Source: Fonticula alba ATCC 38817 (taxonomy: Eukaryota; Protista; Nucleariida). From it: a DNA stretch of 7,803 nucleotides. The DNA lies in assembly GCA_000388065.2 (NCBI GenBank), contig KB932201.1. One strand, 5' to 3'. Under the pieces are notes generated by a model that ran no database searches, was not told the DNA's origin, and saw nothing but the letters and a program-made list of their open reading frames with translations. The position numbers and the translations under genes were made by a program. Positions within the stretch are counted from its first letter, which is position 1. Every line of letters starts with the position of its first letter. Positions 1 through 6,497 of this stretch are shown here, piece after piece.

Positions 1-124
1 ACCTCCCACCCAGAGGCCCATCCCGACGCGAAAGGGGTCCCGGCCGGAACACGCTTGTGCGCCTATGGTGGCGAGCCGCGATTGCGGGCTTCATCGCCGC
101 GGCACGTCCAGACTCTTGAATTCG

Positions 125-144
125 CCCCCCCCCCCCCCCCCCCC
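125..144 (+). repeat. C20 homopolymer
   Basis: Read directly; the length may be inexact in this assembly. Confidence 0.9.
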
Positions 145-886
145 GCACCCCTGGCCGCCGCTTGCCTCGCCACCCGGGGCCGCCGCCCCTCTCTCCCCCT
201 TCTTGGGCTTCCTGCCGCCCACCCAGGTCGGCCGCTGGGGTGAGGAAGGGTGACAGGTGGCCGCGCACGCCCGACCCGGAGACGGGGACAAGGGAGAGAC
301 GGGCCGGGGGCCGCTCTCGGCGAGGGGCGGCGACCCTGCGCGTCTTGGCTCCGCCCGGACTCCCGCCTGCCAGTGCCGTTCAGGGTCTGCGAACGCCCCA
401 GCCGAAAGAAGAGAGCACGAGGGGCCGGCAAGGGACATAGGGGAAGGCAAGTCGACGACCAGGCCAGCATGTCGTCCTGCCAGGGGGCGGAGGTCTGTTC
501 GCCTCGGCGCGATCGTCGGTCATTCATCGGGGCCCCAGGCGAATTACGCCCTCCCGGTCGGACACATCCGCTGGCTCCTTTCGCCTCTTGGCGCCGAGAG
601 GAGACAGCCTTTTGGGGGCCGCGGCCGCGTCGGCCGATCGCAGCCGGAGACACCCCCGGCCGCGCCGGGAGAGTGTTAACACCATCCCAAGCGCGGGAGA
701 TCGGGGCCCGGGGCCGGGCGGAGCGCTTCGCACCTCGGTGCATCCCCCCCCCCTCCCCCCCGGGCTTTCGCAAGCCACATCTCCACGTTGGTCGTTCAAA
801 ACACCATTAATTTGGATGGCGCCTTTGCCGCGCAGCTCCGGCAGGCAAGGACATAAGGTCGCACCCTTACTCATACATACACACGA

Positions 887-887
<1 letters not shown>

Positions 888-923
<36 letters not shown>
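888..923 (+). repeat. (CA)18 microsatellite with degenerate CA/TA flanks
   Basis: Read directly from the sequence. Confidence 0.97.
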
Positions 924-928
<5 letters not shown>

Positions 929-1601
929 AGACATATACACAGGTCCCCGGGGAAAATAGCGCGGCCGCGGGCAGGCAGGCAAATACACGCCGCCCCCGGG
1001 ACCACGGGCACATCCGCCGGCAATATGGCAGTCGCTCATGCTTTTCCCCTTTGGCTCATGCATCCGTGGAGAGCCTTGTTCGGCGCAATTCGGCTCGACT
1101 CGGCCCACGAGCCTGGCCAGCCACGTCGGCGACTGTTTCGAGCCCGCTCTGCAGGGACATATCTCAGGTGCCCCTCCCCTCGGGCCAGGACCAGGCCGGG
1201 GGGCTCATTATTTGCGACCGAATGAAATCACCACAAATGAGGCACGCTATGTGATTGGCGGGGCGTCGGGGAGGGGAGGCGGGAGGGGGGGCATTTTTAG
1301 GGGCGCCCCATGGACGGACACTGAGGCCATTTGTGTGTGGGCCTCATGGCTCCGACATTTGGTCCCCCCCCCCCCCTCCGCCCGGCCCGGCCCGGGCCGG
1401 CCCGCCCCCTGAGGCGGGTGGCCGCCCAAGTGCCGGCTGCCCCAGGATGAGGGGGCGAGCCTCGCCGGCAGGCGTTCAGTCGGCGGGGACGGCCGAACCC
1501 GGGGCCGAGCCATCGAGGGCCCGGGCCGCGGCCGGTGGAAACGCCCCGAAGCCGGGGGGTGTGGGCTGGTGTACATGGTGTTTCGAGCCCTGTGTGCTAA
1601 A

Positions 1602-1625
1602 TGTGTGTGTGTGTGTGTGTGTGTG
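1602..1625 (+). repeat. (TG)12 microsatellite
   Basis: Read directly from the sequence. Confidence 0.97.
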
Positions 1626-2077
1626 GGTATGTCCGGGCTGACGGCGAGCATGATGCTTTGGCATGTGCCACGATGCTCGGTGGGGCTGAGCGCGTCGACT
1701 GCGCGAGCTTTGACGATCACCACCAGGCACAAAGGCCACCCTCGGATGCCGGAGCGCCGCGCAACGTGCCGGGGGGAAGGGGATCGCCGGAACCCGGGTC
1801 CAATGATCGGGATGTTGGCCTGGAAGGGGGGGGGGGGGCAGGCCGAGCAGTTGTAGAGGGTCTGCAATATCCCGGAATATCGGGATGTTGTGCCAGGGCA
1901 TTGGAGGCGCTCTTGACAACCTGGCCCCGGTGCATGGGCGCCTTTCACGCCGTGCCAAGACTGGGGCCGGCATGTCTGGAGCCTACCACCCGCACGCGCA
2001 CCATCATTCGCGGAGAGACACGCACAAGGAGCCACACCTATCGAAAGTGGATCGATAGGTGGATAGCTCCCCCGTCT

Positions 2078-2113
2078 ACACACACACTCACACACACACA
2101 CATACACGCACAT
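2078..2113 (+). repeat. Imperfect (AC)n microsatellite
   Basis: acacacacactcacacacacacacatacacgcacat. Confidence 0.9.
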
Positions 2114-2251
2114 AAACATGTCTTCCATTCGGTCGAGGGTCTGCCGGGGAAGATCCCGGCCGACGCCTCCTTGTTATTTCTCGGCCCTGCCTGTGGATGT
2201 TGGCGTGGAGACGCGGCGACAAGCACCAAAGAAGAGACATGGAAGGCTGGA

Positions 2252-2296
2252 GTGCGCGCGCGCGCGCGCGCGCGTGTGTGTGTGTGTATGTGTGTG
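2252..2296 (+). repeat. Compound (CG)10-(TG)n alternating purine-pyrimidine tract
   Basis: (CG)10 at 2255-2274 runs directly into (TG)6-TA-(TG)4, giving 45 nt of unbroken alternation. Confidence 0.95.
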
Positions 2297-2905
2297 GCCC
2301 GTGATGCGCGGTGCCTGGCAGTGAGATGCCGCTAGAGCGCGCCCGAGCCAGCAAAAAGGTGCCATTCGCCGGACAGATGCGCCCCCTGGTTGGAGGGAGG
2401 AGCCGTGTCAGGGGCTGGCTCGCCCCCGATTGGGGATTGGGCATGTGTTCGGCGCGCCGATGTGCCCGGCGAGGAGCACCGGAGGGCCGACTATGCGGGA
2501 CCGAGCCCGGCCCAAAGGCTGGCCCCCGGCGCCGGGACAACGCCGAGGCCCGGGGCCCGGACGGCGAACGGGGGACAGATCACCGACCCCTCTTTGGCCG
2601 GCGGCTGGCAGGAAACCCTCTTTCGTCGGGGCACGAGGTGCGAGCAGAGGCCGCCGGGAGGTTGCGCGTCGAGCCCCGACACCACGGCCAATTTCTGCCC
2701 CTTGCCTCGGCTCAAAGGAAGGAGACGAGGAAGAAGGCCCCTGGAAGCATAGGGAGGCGGCAAGGCGCTCGCATGGGTGCAGCCGCCCCGGCCTTCCCCT
2801 GGGGGGTGGGGGTGGGGGCGGGCGGCAAGCCGTCGAACGGGGTCGCACCGGACATGGCAGCGGGGGACGGGGTCCGCGCGTGTATGAGCCGACGGTGATG
2901 GGGCC

Positions 2906-3013
2906 NNNNNNNNNNNNNNNNNNNNNNNNNNNNNNNNNNNNNNNNNNNNNNNNNNNNNNNNNNNNNNNNNNNNNNNNNNNNNNNNNNNNNNNNNNNNNNN
3001 NNNNNNNNNNNNN
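2906..3013. other. Assembly gap (~108-109 N)
   Basis: N run whose right edge abuts a G run. Confidence 0.98.
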
Positions 3014-3605
3014 NGGGGGGATAGACAGGGCCCAGAGCTTCTACTGCTTGGAACGCGCGGCATTGAGGATGTGGCGTCGCAGAAGCGGCGCGCGGTTGGA
3101 ATTCGAGCCCTTGACCTGGAGATCTGCGTCCACATATTCTTTGAAGCCCAGGGGGGTGGGGCCAGGGGCGGGGCCGGGGGGCGGGGATTGGCAGGCGCAC
3201 CGGGGCTCTTGTAGGCCCGTCGGTGGTCTCAGCCATTTGAAGAAAAAAAGAGGCTCTTTGACTCGTCATCCCCCCCCCCCCCTCCACACTCCGCATTAGG
3301 CGGTAGGCGCGAGGAAGAAAAGGAGCCGGCATCGTGGGAGGTGGCGCTGCGCAGACAATTTGCCACGGCGGCACTCCCCGGCTGTTGCCCTCGTTCATCT
3401 TTCTTTTCCCGGAAGGGAGCACAAATTGGCGATCGCAGGCCACCGCCCGCCTCCACCGGGGCATACAACTGGGACGGTTGCAAGTCGAGTGGACACCGGC
3501 GAAACCCGTGCCTTCTGTATGCTCGAAAATGCGGGACCCCCCTCCCCCCTAGCGGCCGACATATGTTAATCTCGGCCTCTTGGGGAGGGTAGGCCCACTC
3601 TTCAT

Positions 3606-3632
3606 CCCCCCCCCCCCCCCCCCCCCCCCCCC
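3606..3632 (+). repeat. C27 homopolymer followed directly by GGGGAGGGGGGAGGGG
   Basis: Read directly; the length may be inexact in this assembly. Confidence 0.9.
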
Positions 3633-4068
3633 GGGGAGGGGGGAGGGGCAAGAGGGCTCTGCGGATGCCCGCATCGACGAGGGGGCAGAGGCAAGATGAC
3701 GATCGGTACTTGCCGGGCCGGGGCTTTGTGCGGAACGGCCCGAACGAGCCAGGCGTGGCAGCAGACGATCTCCCATCGAGCGCAGTGGCTGCCTCGGTCG
3801 CAGGCCCGGCGCGTTCGGGGACGGTGGCCTTTCATCAGACTTGACCCTGTGCCAGCTACGGCTGGTTGCCTCACACTGCCAAGCCCAAGGTTGTTGCCCA
3901 TTGCAAGGGGAAGCTTGCCTCATGCGGGCAGGTGTCCTCCTTTTGCCCATGCAGCCCCATAGGCTTGCCGGGCCAGTAAGACCGGGCAGTGCCCAGCCCG
4001 AGGGACAGGGAGATGCCCCGGAGAAGGCCCCCAAGGCCTCGAAACAGCACCAGGGGAGTCGGAAACCG

Positions 4069-4406
4069 CCAACGGCCCACGGCCCAGGACAAACATGGCC
4101 CACGATTGAGCCCAACCCTGCCCTGTGGGCTAGCTGGGCATCGGGCCGAGGTTTGAACAGCCAGCAAACGGATGTCAAATATGAGGGCGTGATTTTGAAA
4201 TAGTCACACGGAAGAGGCATGGTCACGCGCGTCCGTTTCTTTTCAAACTCTCCCCCCAACACACACACACACACACGGTACTCGGAAGGGCTTCGTTCCC
4301 GGCCCGCCCGGTTGCCCGCACCCTTTTGCCGGCTGCCTCCCCAGTTGCCCTTCCTCCCCTGGGGCAGGAAGATCTTTTCCCACCGGATGGGATGGGTTTG
4401 GCGGGA
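4069..4406. promoter_or_regulatory. Putative cell-cycle promoter cluster: 3 CHR (TTTGAA), 3 Myb/MSA cores (AACGG), 1 E2F site
   Basis: TTTGAA at 4152-4157 and 4194-4199, TTCAAA at 4242-4247. CCAACGG at 4069-4075, AACGG at 4167-4171, CCGTT at 4233-4237. TTTGGCGGGA at 4397-4406. The cluster lies upstream of a mitotic-type gene. Function is inferred only. Confidence 0.45.
4259..4276 (+). repeat. (AC)9 microsatellite
   Basis: Read directly from the sequence. Confidence 0.95.
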
Positions 4407-4527
4407 CCGGCCAGGCAGATGGAGCATATCAACAAAGCATTCTACCGACACCGGCGGNNNNNNNNNNTTGGCGGGACCGGCCAGGCAGATGGAGCATATC
4501 AAAAAAACATTTCCCCGCCCCCGGGGG
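4398..4527. other. 10-N gap (4458-4467) flanked by a 60-bp false duplication (unmerged contig overlap)
   Basis: 4398-4432 is identical to 4468-4502 (35 nt). The next 25 nt align without gaps, and the mismatches in the second copy tend toward the neighbouring base. Confidence 0.8.
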
Positions 4528-4798
4528 GCACCCCCCCTTTCCCCCCCCCCCCCCCCCTCCTGTGGATGGGCCCCCGGCACGGTCGTGTGGCCGCCGCCGC
4601 CGCCGCCGCCAGAGCCGAAGCCGAAGCCCCGGAGAGCGACGGGCCTTTTCGGGCACATGCCACCGAGCCCGGGCTGTGATCAGACCCGCGGACAGTCACA
4701 GCCCCTCCTCCTTCAGCACTCTGCTCCGCACTTCGCTGCCTGCCCCCGGCGCTTGTATCTCCTCATTTACCTTCGCCCCGCCGATCTCCACCTGCGCG

Positions 4799-6458
4799 AT
4801 GACCGCCCCTCCTCCTTCGCCCCGGCGCCTGGAGTCCCCCTCGCGGCAGGGATTCTCGCTGACAAGCGCCAGCGGTGCTCCATCCCCGGCGAGCCAGCTT
4901 CGCCGGTCGGCCGCCAGCTCGCGCCCCCCAAGCGCCGGGCTTGGCTCCTCGGTGTCGGAGCTGCGCCATGGCGCGGCCCCGTCCAGCGGCGGGGGCGAGC
5001 CCGGGTCACCACGCGCCGCGAGCCCGAGCCGGCGCCCTCGCGATGACCCTGCCCCCTTGACGCCGTCGAAGCGCCTGCGCAGCGCCGCTGCTCCGCCATC
5101 CCCGGCCCCGGGGGCCACCCTGCCGGCGACCAGTAGGGTGGATCGCGCCGTGGCGGTGCTCATGAATGCGGCGAATTCCCCGGTGTCGTCCACTCGCCGG
5201 CGCCAACTGGCCCAACAGGCCTCGGCCCTTGAGGACTCGCTGTATTCGGACGCGGTGGACCCATCCGACCAGTCGGCCCCGCCGGTGGTGTTGATTACCC
5301 CGGCCAGCCCGCGCCAGGCGACCGAGCCGGCCATCCGCCACACCAATGATCCGCAATTCGGCACGGCCATCCCGCGTACACCCTCGCGCCTGCGAGCCAC
5401 GCCCACCGTGCGCAAGTCCCTCGAACCCGACGAGCGCCCCGCCCAGGGTATGGCCGCCACCGCCTTTTGTTTTCTGCCTCCCGGCCTTTCTTGCCCCCCC
5501 CCCCCCCCCCCCCACGCACTTCCCCCTTCCGCTTCTCGCGTTGCTGGCTGCATTTCCCTCCCCCACACGGTGCTGACCCCGGCGTCCTGTGCGTAGGCAC
5601 GGCCCCCGACACTCCGGCCTCCCAGCGCGCCCTTCGGCCGCGGCTGGCGCCGGGTCAGGTGGGCGGTCGCTTTGACTCGGCCCACCAGCAGCAATTCGAC
5701 CTGATGAAGTCCATCACCGAAAGCCCGTCGTCGGCGGCTCGTCGAACCCCGGCCGAGGCGGCGGCCTTTGTGCTGGCCAGCACGGCTCCCGGCCGATCGG
5801 CCCCATCCACCCCGGCGGACTCGCGTCCCCCGACGGCCACCCCGCAGTCGGCCGGTGCATCGACCGCCCGGCGCACCCCGGCGCCCCTGCCACAGAGCCC
5901 CTCATCGGTGGGTCCCCGTCGCGGGGGAGCCGGCACCGGATCGCCGGTCCTGGTGCCAGCGCGGCATCTCTTCCGCGGGGCGTTGGCCCCGGCCCCGGGC
6001 ACGGCTGCCAGCCCCGGTGCCTCGGCCGGCATGACCCGCGGCACCTCCAATGGCCTGGAAAACACACACGAAGAAGCCGCAGAAGCGGCGGCGGCGACCG
6101 AGCAGGAGGAGCAGGAGGAGGACGATGAGGAGGACTTCCATGACATCTCCGAGCCTGGCACTCCGGCTGTGCTTTTCCCTGTGAATGTCACGCAGGCGCC
6201 CTTCCGTGGCCCGGCCTCCTCGCCCATGTTGACCAATCGTGCCATGCAGGAGGCCCTGCGGGCGCAGCGCCAACAGCCAGCCAATCCCGCAGCCGGCACC
6301 CCTCCTCCCTCGGTGCCTGCCTCTGGCCGGACGCTGACCTTCGCCGCTATGGCCGGCGCCGAGGGCGGCCCAGCCCTGCATGAGCCGGCCACACAGGAGG
6401 CGGATGGCGCCTCCCTGGCGAGCGAACAGCCGCAGCAGCAGCAACAGCAGCAACAGCA

Positions 6459-6497
<39 letters not shown>

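Noticed and set aside
1628-1648. GTATGT donor followed by GCTGAC and AG
   Set aside because: About 20 nt is too short for an intron, and no coherent flanking exons were found.
1875-1898. Minus-strand PWHNIPIF resembles the N-terminal PWHDIPL motif of inorganic pyrophosphatase
   Set aside because: The downstream family sequence (N/H-MVVEIP, AKxE) is absent in every frame, and these bases are explained by the local repeat and hairpin.
55-2898. Many 60-290 aa ORFs on both strands, including 63..773, 1247..2128, 1601..2335 and 2311..2898
   Set aside because: They run through microsatellites and homopolymers (HTHT, CVCV, RARA, poly-G/P) and have no recognisable domain or consistent splice signals. 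Long open frames are expected at this GC content. Short real exons cannot be excluded.
3085-3112. T-loop-like TTCGAGCCC suggesting a tRNA
   Set aside because: No acceptor stem, D-arm or anticodon arm can be built, and the B-box context is wrong.
3568-3583. TCTCGGCCTCTTGG resembles the 5' end of U2 snRNA
   Set aside because: The branch-pairing GTGTAGTA and the Sm site are absent.
3796-3838. Hammerhead-like CUGAUGA on the minus strand followed by an AGGCC/GGCCU stem
   Set aside because: The stem is followed by GCGA rather than the required GAAA, and I found no stem I/III or NUH cleavage site.
4398-4527. The 60-bp direct repeat as an LTR, target-site duplication or CRISPR-like repeat
   Set aside because: It straddles a 10-N placeholder gap and the second copy carries error-like substitutions, so an assembly overlap explains it better.
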